Positions 14,145 to 26,135 of a stretch of 64,000 nucleotides of DNA are shown here, piece after piece. Made by a program: the position numbers and the translations under genes. Source of the DNA: Eledone cirrhosa (lineage: Eukaryota). The DNA lies in assembly GCA_964016885.1 (NCBI GenBank), contig OZ024740.1, positions 250,542,001-250,606,000 of the forward strand, read 5' to 3'. The notes under the pieces are model-generated. The model was not told the DNA's origin. It did no database searches and saw only the letters and a program-made list of their open reading frames with translations. Positions within the stretch are counted from its first letter, which is position 1. Every line of letters starts with the position of its first letter.

Positions 14145-15232
14145 TATATGATCAATTCCCTGACTTCCATACGGTCCTATATCGTGATGACGGTCTGGCA
14201 CTATCAAGCCATAAAAGTGGGCATGACCTCGAAACTTTAAGAAAAGGCCTGATCCCTACCTTCAACAGCCTAGACTTAAACATTTCCATATCCACCAACC
14301 TCACCAATGTTAACTTCCTTAACGTTAATTTAGACCTACGGACGCGCACATACAGATCATTCCACAAACCCAGTGAGAAACTTAGGTACAGCCATAAGGA
14401 CTCTAGCCAGACACCTTTAGTTTTTAAAAATCTTATCACTAAGAGAGTATCCAACTTCTCTTCTAGAAAAGCCATCTTTGACAGGGCAGTACCCTACTAC
14501 AATTCAGCACAAAGCAACAGCGGCTTCTCTAAAAAAATCATTTACTTTCCAGACCACCGTCCTACATCTAGAAAAATCCTAGACATAAAGACGCCATATG
14601 GTTCGCTCCACCTTTCACACTTAATGTGAAAACTAATGTAGGTAGAAAATTCCTAGCCCTCCTAGCCCTCCACTTCCCTGTTGACCAGATATTCAATCGC
14701 CATACAGTGAAAATAGGCTACTTGTGTACCAATAACATTAAAACCCGCATCACCGGCAAACGCAAAAGCCCTCCACCGTAATAATGCTCATGCAGAAAGC
14801 CAGAGACATACCCACTAGACCAACAGTGCAATACTCCAGCGGTGATACATCAAGCATAAGTTACCTCCACTAACCAGAACCACCGAACTGAAGCCTGAAC
14901 TTATGTCGGAATATCCGAGAGCCAATTCAAAAGCCGGTACTTGAACCATGAAACAACTTTCAGACGTCCTGACAAAAAACATACCACCCAACTCGCAAAC
15001 CATGTATAGAGCTAACACATAACAGCAGACCTTTTTCCATTAAATGGTGTATATTAGAAAAATTTATCCCCTATGTTAATGGGACAAAATTTTGCAGACC
15101 TCTCAGATAATGTTCCCAAGGGAAATTACATTCAACCACCAAAGGGTATCTTTATTTTTATAACAGGCTGAATGAGATGGGGTGCATAACCGAACGAAAC
15201 TTAAGTACCTGGTTATATCACTGTTGTAACTA
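14145..15232 (+). mobile_element. 5'-truncated Penelope-like element (Naiad-type), family P2
   Basis: LYRDDGLA, NFLNV, WFAPPFTLNVKTNVGRKFL, CSCRKPETYPLDQQC and YVGISESQFKSRYLNH; ends in a hammerhead and (TA)n. Confidence 0.85.
15158..15216 (+). ncRNA. Minimal type-I hammerhead ribozyme-like motif in PLE 3' terminal repeat
   Basis: ataacagg-CTGAATGA-(stem II, degenerate)-GAAA-cttaag-TA-cctggttat; palindromic stem III; one extra base in the core. Confidence 0.65.
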
Positions 15233-15257
15233 ATATATATATATATATATATAATGT

Positions 15258-15450
15258 AATAATTGTTTCTACTTTTGGCACAAGGCCAGCAATTACCCAG
15301 TGCATTATTGGTACTTTATTTTATCGACCCCGTAAGGATGAAAGGCAAAGTTAACCTCGGCGTGATTTGAACTTAGATCATAGAGGGCCGTAACTCTTTG
15401 TTGCAAAGCATGGCGTCCGACCCTCTTCCGATACTGCCAATTCCACGCCT
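15258..15450 (-). mobile_element. SINE family S
   Basis: Reverse complement of the 12117-12310 type. Confidence 0.88.
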
Positions 15451-15664
15451 TATATATATAATGTGTATGTATATACCGAATTTAGAAGGCTACTGGACTC
15501 TACACAGCGCATATGGGCACACATAGGCCCGCTTACGAGCACATTATCCATCCGGGAGAAGTCGTGTATATGCATTCATGTGTTTCCACCCATGCGTGTT
15601 TGCACATTTGCGTGCGTGCTTACACGCACACATGTATGCATTCACGTATATATATATATATATA

Positions 15665-16069
15665 TAAATGTATATATAGTGTATTTTGCAATACACTGTA
15701 TGCTTAATTAAAAGCATTTCGAAGACCTTACGCTATTGTTTTAGAGTAGTGACAGTCTCACTTACCTTAATTTTCAGCAAACAGGGGAGATAAAGCTGAC
15801 AGAGCTCTGTTTCGCACTTTTTGGTGCTTATCAAAGCTAAGTACTCCGCCTGTTTGCTGAAAATCATGAATGTTTGATTCTTATAGAATTCTAGTAATAA
15901 TCAGGAACTGATTATACAGAGCGGTTGCCGGTCAAGCAGAAATTGAAAATTAGAATTGGTGCTTTGAAATAGTGATATATATATGAATGTATATACAGTG
16001 TATTTTGCAATACACTGTATGCTTAATTAAAAGCATTTCAAATACCTTACGCTATTGTTTTAGAGTAGT
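15665..16069 (-). mobile_element. Retrozyme/pLTR-like unit: 319-nt period with ~85-bp direct repeat and central hammerhead-like hairpin
   Basis: 15665-15750 repeated at 15985-16069; hairpin 15770-15864 encloses, on the minus strand, agct-TTGATAA-gcac/gtgc-GAAA-cagagctctg-TC-agct. Confidence 0.6.
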
Positions 16070-16194
16070 AGCACGGGTTCCCGAGATACGGGGATTTTCC
16101 ATGGAACTCCATAAATAGAGAGAGAGAAGGGTAGCGAGAAAGGGATAGTGGTTGTGAGACAGTAGATTGAAAGAGAGAGAGGGAGGGATAGAGA

Positions 16195-16242
<48 letters not shown>

Positions 16243-16358
16243 GAGAGAGAGAGAGAGCTAATGGTGTTGTTGAATGAAATTATAACCGGTCACTTCAAAG
16301 AAACGACTACGGCATTACTGTATCCTGCTAAATAGAAAGGGTTTCTAAGTGTGTATAT

Positions 16359-16435
<77 letters not shown>

Positions 16436-16546
16436 CGCGCGTGTGTGCGCGTGCGTGTGCGTGTGTATGTGTGTGTATGTGTGTCTGTGACCAGTGTATA
16501 TAGGTCACAGACACCCGCCAATTCTAATATATATATATATATATAT

Positions 16547-16638
<92 letters not shown>

Positions 16639-16639
16639 A

Positions 16640-16765
16640 TCTCGGGTTCAATCGGGGGTAAACACAGTAAGTAAGGTACTCAATACATAGCAGAATATAA
16701 ATATTTACTATAGAAGTGGCTTTTACAGGACCAGAACTGTTTCATTTGAAGGAAATCATCAGAAA
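16640..16765 (-). ncRNA. Truncated pLTR-like end with hammerhead-like core
   Basis: Minus strand: CTGATGA-tttccttcaaat-GAAAC-agttctg-GTC-ctgtaaaa; the 5' arm of stem I is missing. Confidence 0.4.
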
Positions 16766-16854
16766 AATATATACACATGGGCCTTCCAATTTCAGTTTAC
16801 ATTATATATATGTCTATGTATATTTTAATTATCTAAAAATCATTTTTAAGTGAA

Positions 16855-17824
<970 letters not shown>

Positions 17825-18135
17825 GTAATAATAATAAATTTGAAGACTAAAATCCAAAGAGGGCTCGATAAGGATAAATATATATCCAATATATAAGAAC
17901 CGTAGAGCAATTATTTAGTAAAATAACAGATTAAAGTTTAACCAAAGAATCGCTGCTTTCACCCTTAACGGGATCTCCTGAAACTAACAAAGTCAATCTG
18001 TAAACGCAGAAGTGAATATTTCAAAAAACGTTGCAACCGGAGGAAGACAGGAAGACAATACTTTGGTTCGTGGAAACGTTCACTGGCAAAGAACGGGAAA
18101 AAATGAATATAATACGTCATTATTTGGAGCGGTGA

Positions 18136-18315
18136 CTTGGCATAATCGTTAGAGGGTCTGACGCCATGCTTTGCAGCATGGAGTTACGGTCCTTTCCATT
18201 CTGAGTTCAAATCCCGCCGAGGTTAACTTTGCCTTTCATCCTTACGTGGTCGATAAAATAAAGTACCAGTAATGCACTGGGTAATTGCTGGCTTTGTGCC
18301 AAAAGTAGAAACAAT
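18136..18315 (+). mobile_element. SINE family S inserted into a PLE pLTR with target-site duplication
   Basis: ATTATTTGGAGCGGTGA occurs on both sides (~18119 and ~18314). Confidence 0.88.
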
Positions 18316-20347
18316 TATTTGGAGCGGTGAAAAACAATTACACGCAAAGAGAGAACCACGTTTATAGTATAAAAGAAGTCGTAGACTAATATTCTCTAAG
18401 GTGGTTCATAGAGAGGTTCTCTGGCAATGAACGGAAAAAACGAAGATAATACGTCATATGTGGATCGTGGAGAACAAATGCACGCAAAGACAAAACCACT
18501 TCTTTAAAGGCTTCAACCTCTCTATACAGGTTGAGGCCAACCTCTCGGTCGTTAATTACCTCGACGTTACCCTCAATTTATCGAATGGCTTGTATTACCC
18601 GTATAGAAATCCGAATGATACGCTTAATTACATAAGTAAGCATTCCAACCATCCTGCCAGCATAACCAAAAACCTGGTAAGAAACGTTTCGTTGAGGCTT
18701 TCCCGTCTATCATACTAACGAGAATATTTTCAACGACCATTCCACATATTACAATGAAGCTCTTGCTCGGAGTGGATTTGTCGATAAGGTAGCATATACA
18801 GAGTACGAGAATAGAGCTAGAAGAAATAGATCCCGACGCATTATAATGTATAACCCACCATATAATATGGAGGTGGCCACACCATGAGCTAAGATCTTTC
18901 TATCCCCTATTACGAAGCATTTTCCCCCTACACATAAATATAGTAAAACTTTTAATAGAAACACTATTAAAATTTCTTACTCTACGACTCCTAACCTTGC
19001 ACATAACATCACAGCTTCAAATGTAGCTAAACTACCTAGCCGCAGGAACACGTGCAACCCTGTAGTTAGTACTAACTGTAATTGTAGGAATCGGGTTGAC
19101 CGCCCCCTATCCGGGAAATGCCTCTCTAGTAACATTGTCTACAAATGTAAGGTTGAAACACCCACGTCCCGTAGGGCCTACATAGGGTTAACCGCCAATA
19201 GATTCAAGCAGCGTCTTTACATGCATAGGGCTAGATCGTATAACGGAAATAAAAGACCACGTGACCTCTGTGCCGCTGAGGCCCTGGAAATACTCTACGC
19301 CAAAGACCACATCTTAAACAAAAAGTCTGAGGCAATTTCGACTTGTAAACATAAATTGCACAAAACTTTCCTGTATTACAGCCCCACATTATACCCTAAC
19401 GGATAGTACGATCTATAAGCGGATATTTTACGTCTCGATGTGGTAGCTAAGTATATGTTATGTTTATACCATTACTTATTTGTATAGGTAAGTATATATT
19501 ACTTGTATGTTTTGTGAAAGTACGTATACTTTCTCGTATGTATATTTGATTGTATATGTTATGGGGTATATTTATATATTCTGGTACATATGCTTTTGGT
19601 TATGTGTATACGTGAGTTTTTGCGTCTGTGTGAGTATGCGGGTTCGTACGTATGTAGGGTGCGTGTATATGTGTACTTCGTGTTTTGGTTGACGTCGTCT
19701 CCGAACATTTGTGTATCTACATGTAGGTATGTGTGTGCGCTTGTTATATACGTATTTATTTATTTATTTATTTATTTATATACGTTTATTTAATTATTTA
19801 TATACACGCACACACACACATATCTATATGTGCATGTATTTGTATACCTATGGCGAGTGTTTTCGCGTATGCTTGTGTATGCAAGTATTTGGATGCGTGT
19901 ATGTATTTATTTAATTTCAATTACCTCTGTATTTTATTTTTTTTATTTACTTTATTCTTAACTCTGAAGCGGAGATTCATTCGGTTTCCTAGTTAGAATT
20001 TTAGTCTACGACTTCAGTTATACCATTTACGTGGTTTTGTCTTTGCGTGCAATTGTTCTCCACGCTCCACATATGACGTATTATCATCGTTTTTTTCGTT
20101 CATTGCCAGAGACGGCTCTATGAACCACCTTAGAGAATATTAGTTTACGACTTCTTTTATACCATAAACGGGGTTCTGTCTTTGCGTGTAATTGTTTTTC
20201 ACCCTCCAAATAATGACGTATTATATTCGTTTTTTCCCGTTCTTTGCCAGGGAACGTTTCCACGAACCAAAGTATCGTCTCCCTGTCTTCCTCCGGTTGC
20301 AACGTTTTTTGAAATATTCACTTCTGCGTTTACAGATTGACTTTGTT

Positions 20348-20398
20348 AGTTTCAGAAGATCCCGTTAAGGGTGAAAGCAGCGATAGTTTGCTTAAACT
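20348..20398 (+). ncRNA. Hammerhead-topology motif with variant core CAGAAGA (P1 pLTR)
   Basis: agttt-CAGAAGA-tcccgttaagggt-GAAA-gca...tgc-TT-aaact; also at 17935-17985(-), 39797-39847(+), 39984-40034(-) and 47601-47651(+). Confidence 0.55.
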
Positions 20399-20439
20399 TT
20401 AATCTGTTATTTTAATAAATAAATATATATATATATATA

Positions 20440-20770
20440 TAGTAATAATAATAAATTTGAAGAATAAGTTTTAATAAGTATATATATTGTTATACTTGGG
20501 GAGGGTCATATTTGTGTAATAATATTGTCAGAATTAATAACAGAACACACTCACTGTTTGGTTGGTTTTCGATTCTGTGTCTTTTATATCGGTTAATTTA
20601 ATTTATTCGGTCCTCAATGTTACCATTGACTGACAAATGGTCAAAAATACAGATACAATATAGACACAAACACATATATATAGTCTAACAAAGTTCTTTC
20701 GTTGCACATCTACAACATCGTCAGTGGTGCTATTATGTTTCCTCCCGTTGCATTGTATGCCTACGCCATC
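20440..20770 (-). mobile_element. Non-coding pLTR-like fragment with degenerate hammerhead-like motif
   Basis: Minus strand cacca-CTGACGA-t-gttgta/tgcaac-GAAA at about 20690-20728; stems I and III imperfect. Confidence 0.35.
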
Positions 20771-20844
20771 TTTGGCGTAGGCATACAATGCAACGGGAAG
20801 GCGTAGGCATACAAGGAAACGAGCTGGGGAAATACGTGTCTAGA

Positions 20845-23705
20845 CCCGGCCCGAAAGTTCTTCCGAAGAGATTGACTAGTTGATTTTCGTCGACGCCTAG
20901 AGTTTCCCCAAGTACGTCGTCGCTCTTCCCCTCCACTAATCCTCTATAGAACGCCGAGGTGGAGTTTCCACCGATCACATTGCCCGATTGGTCAAGGGCT
21001 GTGAGCGCCTGAAGACATTCCAGTCTCCAGGCGCTCCCTCTCGGTCTTCGCTTGACCCAGGACTGCAGCTCCGTCAAGGAGACGAGCTGGGGAAATACGT
21101 GTCTAGCAAACGGCGACCACACCTGATCACCGTCGAGGAAGAGGTGGAGATGTCGTAGCCTGAGCGCGTGTCTGCGCATCATCAGCCACGGCATGCCCAG
21201 CCCTCCAAGTAGCGGGTGTTGACAGCAGATGGACCGCCTGAACATCGGAGCGCGTCCCTTCCACAAAAAGCGAAAGAGCAAACGCTCTAGCGCAGTCAGG
21301 CGGGGCTTAGGACAAGGTACAACGGTCAGGCGGTAGTAGATGTCGGACGCGATGTACGCGTTAGCCACCTCCGCTCGACCTTTCAGGGATAACTTCCTCT
21401 CCGCCCATTTCTGGGTGAGAGAAGCCACCCTGCTCGTCACCTCGTCCCAGTTTTTGTCCGTCTGGAGGTCCGGACCGAACCAGACCCCTAGCAATTTAAC
21501 CGGTCCGTCCGTACAGCGCCCGACGACGCTGTTGGACGGCATGGACCTGCCTCTCCAGGTGCCGAGCTGCAGGCCCACTGACTTTTCCTGGTTGATCATT
21601 GCTCCTGTCACCGCTTCGTATTCCCTTAGTGTAGTGCCGATCGCCTCGATGTGTTTGGCGTTCGACACCATTACGGTGACATCGTCGGCATATGCTGACA
21701 CGGATCTTCCGCATCCTAGTTCGCGCGGGACGCCCCTCAACGTCTCCAGTTTGTGCAGTGATGGCTCGAGAGTCAATACGTAAAAGAGGGACGAGAGGGG
21801 ACATCCTTGGCGGACCGAGCGCATGATGTTGAACGGTTCCGAAAGGTGACCGTTCACTCTCACCACAGAGCAGATGTCGCTGTGCATGGCAGCGATGCAG
21901 CCTCTGAAGACGGTCCCAAAGCCAGCCGCCCTCAGGACTGCCGCTAGGTAACGATGGTCGACCCTATCGAAAGCTTTCGACTGATCTAAATTGATGAAAG
22001 ACCCACCCGTGCCAGGTTCCCTAGCTACCCTCTCTACGATGTATCGCATGAGGTGGAGGTTGTCGTGGATGGATCTGTCGGGAATGGCGCATGTCTGTGC
22101 CTCTCCCACCAGACCACCAATGACAAGCGCCAACCTCTTTGCTAGCACCTTGGCCAAAATCTTGAACTCTGTGTTTAGCAGAGTTATGGGCCTAAAATTA
22201 TCTATGTTATCCCCCTTGTTCGGATCCTTTCTCAGCAGCGCCACCGCTCCTCGGCTCACAGAACTGGGAATTCTCCCGTTCTGTTGCCAGTTGCAGTAGA
22301 CGTCCGCCAAGAGGCCTCCGAACAAGTCTGGCATCTGTACGTAAAGTTCATAGGGCAGACCATCCAAACCAGGCGATTTATCCCTTGTGCAGCCAGTCAT
22401 TGCCTCCCGTACTTCAGCGGCTGTTATCGGCTTTTCCCAACACTCCGCCTCAGTGGCCGAGAGCCGCGGCAGTCCGTCGAGGTAGACACTAAAGTCCATC
22501 CCTCGACCCGGCCCACCGCTTCCCCCGAACAGCTGAGCGAAGTGTCGCTGAAAAGCTTCACACATTTGCCCGGGATCGAGTAGCATGCGCCCGTCGTGGT
22601 CCACCAAAGACCGGATCGTGGCTTTGTTGCCACGACGCGCCTCCGCCAGTCGGGCCCATTGAACGGCTTTCGACCCTCGTGTCTGAGAGCATGCACCCTA
22701 GCTCTGACAACGCAGCCTTCGTGCTTTGCATTGAAGAATTGGTCAAGGGCCAATTTCGCCGCAAGTACGTCGGTCGCGATGCCTTTGCTAAGCGCCTCGT
22801 CTAATGTTCTAACTAGTTCTCCCTCTGCTCTATTTTTCTCTATTGCTAAAACCTTACTAAACCTAATGGATTCTATTTTAATCGCTCTTTTCAGAGCAAA
22901 CCACCACTTGTTGTTGACGATGGCCCCCGTCAACGCCCGCTTAACTAGTTCGCTAATCCGGTCTCTGTAGGCCTTGCGCGCTGGTAAGGAGGCGTTTAGC
23001 TTCCAGTAGCCTGATCCTCATCTATGAAGCCTATCTAAGTCAAGCACACAGATCACGAATTTGTGGTCCGTGTAGCTGACAATCTTGAATTGTGGACAGC
23101 CTATGCTAGACGTATCTTTTTCCCTACAAAATACTCTATCTAGATATGATCTGGATGACCCTATGCGATTTGTCCAAGTCCACATTGGCACATTCGGGAA
23201 ATCCAATCGGTACCTGTCAGACAGTTCAAAACGCCTGAGCAGGTTGGTGAGGCTCTTACACCCTCCACCCCTATTCGCTAATCCCACACAGTCCCAGCGT
23301 GCATCTAAGATCCCGTTCCAGTCGTCCACTAACACTAAAGAGGCCGGAAGAAATCAGGCCGCCCTGCTCCAGCCACTAGTTTGAAAGCTTGCCCATCTCC
23401 GCTGGTCACGTCACGTCCAGCACCACCAACTTACTCTCTGGGTCCCGGAAGATGGCCCGTATGGCGAGATCCAAACCTCTCCGAAAAAGGACAACAACTC
23501 CTCCCCCCGATCCCGGACGGCTGGGAGATGCGTACACATCGTAGCCGCCTAAGATCGGTGCGAAGGCCCGTGCTTCGGAGATTCTGGTCTCGCTGATGGC
23601 CACTACATCTATGTTTAGTGACCTGAGGTCGTTGAGCAGGTGGCCCTGCTTCCATGACGACCCCAAACCACGCGCATTTATGCTGCCTATTCTGAGTGAG
23701 ATCAT
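20845..23705 (-). pseudogene. Tx1-like ORF2 (APE endonuclease-reverse transcriptase), frameshifted and 3'-truncated
   Basis: ORF pieces 23406-23705, 23018-23335, 22424-22933 and 20733-22607. Confidence 0.93.
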
Positions 23706-23740
23706 GTTTAAAATGGAGTGGAAAAGATGGGAAAGACCAC

Positions 23741-25873
23741 TTACCGTACTTTTCGTAGAGGAAGGATGGTTTATCCATACCTTTTCACTTGATCGTCTCG
23801 TGAAGGGACCGTTGAATCGTCCCCTCGGCTGGTCGTCGGCTCTTCTATGAGTATGTCCGAATATACTCTCTGGTTGAGAGTCCCTCCTAGGTCTCTGAAA
23901 TCACCAACTGCGTTCGGGAATTTCGTTTTAATGTTTGTGTATTGTTTCTGTGTAATTCTTACCAGTCTTATGTTCGTTGGTGTTTTGATTGGTGCTGGTA
24001 TTATGTAGTCGTGCTGTGAAATGTCTGTGTGTTCAATTATGTAAGTCATTAGTTTCTTGTTGTGTGTATTTATTGCCGTGCATTTGTTTTTCTGAGGGTG
24101 GGGTATGGTTCTGCTATTTTCTTGTCGTCGTTGCTGGGTGTGTGTGTTTTGTTGTTGTGTTTGCGATATTGGTGCTTGTGGTGTTGGTGTTGAAGGTGTT
24201 TTTGTTGTTGGTGGTGGGGTTGTCGCCGGTGGTGATGGTGGTGCTAGTGTGGGCGGTGATTGTGTTGGTGGTGTTGCTGCTGTGAGTCTCTTTGCAGTAG
24301 CCTTTACCCTTTTTTCATTTCTTTCCTCCCTTTTCGAAGGCGACAATGCGCTGCTTCTGCGTTTGTGCCTTCTTGCGACCTTTTGCCATCCCTCTCCCAC
24401 CTCACACTCCATGTCTGATTCTGTGAGGTCGGGGTACCAGCTCCACTCTTTCACTTGTTGTTGTTGGTGATGTTTGCAGTGGAGTCTCTGTTAGAGCTAC
24501 AGTTGCTATTACTGTTATTGTTAATACTTCCACTGCTGTTGCTGTTCTTGATCTCCGTGGCGTGGGTATGGGTGCCACGGACCTATCGTTCCGGGTTGCC
24601 GCTTGTCCTGTTGCTGGTAGCAGTGGAGCCGGTTTCGGAAGGAGGTTTTTTTTTCCTTTCTCAGGGTCTTCTCGTTGCAGAAGGCCCTGAGGTGAGTCTT
24701 CGATCCACAGCGAAAGCATTTCGGGCGTTTGCCCTCAACACTTATGGGCAGTTGAGTGCCGTTATCGAAATCTATCATATCCGGGATAACTTCGATGCAC
24801 TCCTGGTTGGTTTGGATTAACATCTCAATGGAGGTGCCGACCCAATCTTCTCTTACTCTTTTCTGTACTTGCAGTACGGTTGTTTTGTCCTCGATTCCGA
24901 CGAGGACAGACGCGGCCAGCCAAGAAGGGGTTATCCCGGGGGGGGGGGGGGGCGTGGATCAGTTTGACCCTCACAATTTTTTGCCCGCTGTAGGAGGGCA
25001 CCAACACCATTTCCTCGCTCCTTAGGGTCACTTTGCCTCCTGGGGTGTGGCAAAAAGCACGTCTACGGTGGCATAATTCTTGCCTTGGGTGATATGCGTT
25101 TTCCGCTGCCACACAGACCCTAAGGCTTTTTGTATTTGAGCCTCTGTGGCTCTTTCAACCCTACGGGATTTTGTGCTTACTGTACGGTACGTGACCGTAC
25201 AGTGCTGTTGAGTTTCCAAAAAGTTTTCGGCTGCCTTGCAGATTGCTCGGTGTCCGGTTTTCGTCACCATCTTCTTCGCTTCCTGTAATTCCTCATTTGT
25301 TATGAGGATGGTTTCCAGGTTCTTTGCGATACCTACAAACGAGATTGGTTTTTCTCTGCTGCTGTTGTTGTTGTTGTTGTTGTTGTCGTCAGAGCTGCTG
25401 TTACTTTTGTTGTTGCTGCAGGTACTACGACTACTGCCGCCGCCGTTGTTGCTGTGGTTGTTGTTGTTGTTGCTGTTGCTTCTGTTGTTGTTGCTGTTGC
25501 TGCTAATGCTGTTGTTGTTTATGCTGCTGCTGATGCTGTTTCGGCTGCTACTGTTGTTTTCCTTGTCACTGTTGCTGCTGCTTCTGCTGTTATTACGGCT
25601 GCTACTGCTATTATTCATTACGTCAGACGAATGAAATGGGTTTTCGTATTTACCGCACACCTTTTTCGTCATTGTCGTCGTCGTGGAGAAATGTTCCATG
25701 CTTTGCACGTGATATTTCCTTACTGGCGTCGCTTGCGAAAGAGAAGGGAGGGAGAGAGACACATTTAGAGAAGGGAGGGGGAGAGACAATCTTCTCTCTG
25801 CTGTAGTGACGATTGAGGAAGAAGAAGACGGAATGAGTGGGAGTGACTTGTGAAAATTCTTTTTCGTAGCCAT
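23741..25873 (-). pseudogene. Tx1-like ORF1-A (N/S low-complexity N-terminus, CCHC knuckle, P/T-rich region), frameshifted
   Basis: Pieces 25028-25873, 24521-24823 and 23771-24454 match ORF1 of copy 3. Confidence 0.88.
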
Positions 25874-26087
25874 GTTTTTTTTCGTTTAAAATAAATATTG
25901 GGCACAAAACCCCAATAAGCGGTTATTTAAACCCGAAGGGCCAAATAACGGACAGAAAGACCCCTCTCACGAGGAGGAGGGTGTTTTTGTCTACAATTTG
26001 GTTACAGTTTTAAACAATTTACTATTGTTATAGCGGTCAAAATTTACAATACCTTACAGAGCCGAGCCTCCGTCAACCATGGCATTC

Positions 26088-26130
<43 letters not shown>
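26088..26130. repeat. (AAT)n between the Tx1 5' end and Dong 5' truncation
   Basis: Direct reading. Confidence 0.98.

Positions 26131-26135
<5 letters not shown>

Larger units (their letters stand above)
20845..26087 (-). mobile_element. Tx1-like LINE copy 1 (5'UTR type A, ORF1-A, ORF2), 3' end deleted
   Basis: 5' end GAATGCCATGGTTGACGG abuts (AAT)n at 26088; ORF1 has CFRCGSKTHLRAFC; ORF2 has APE (SINARGL, SET, DWN, LDR, TDH) and RT (QGCPLS, YADD). Confidence 0.95.

Noticed and set aside
18499-19406. Selenocysteine (in-frame UGA) coding reported for some Naiad PLEs
   Set aside because: The Cys positions I checked in P1 and P2 are TGY codons or ordinary substitutions; no conserved UGA or SECIS was evident.
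25236-25634. Poly-Leu, poly-Cys and poly-Val ORFs here and at 52261-52871
   Set aside because: Antisense readings of the AAC/AGC repeat in the Tx1 ORF1 N-terminus.
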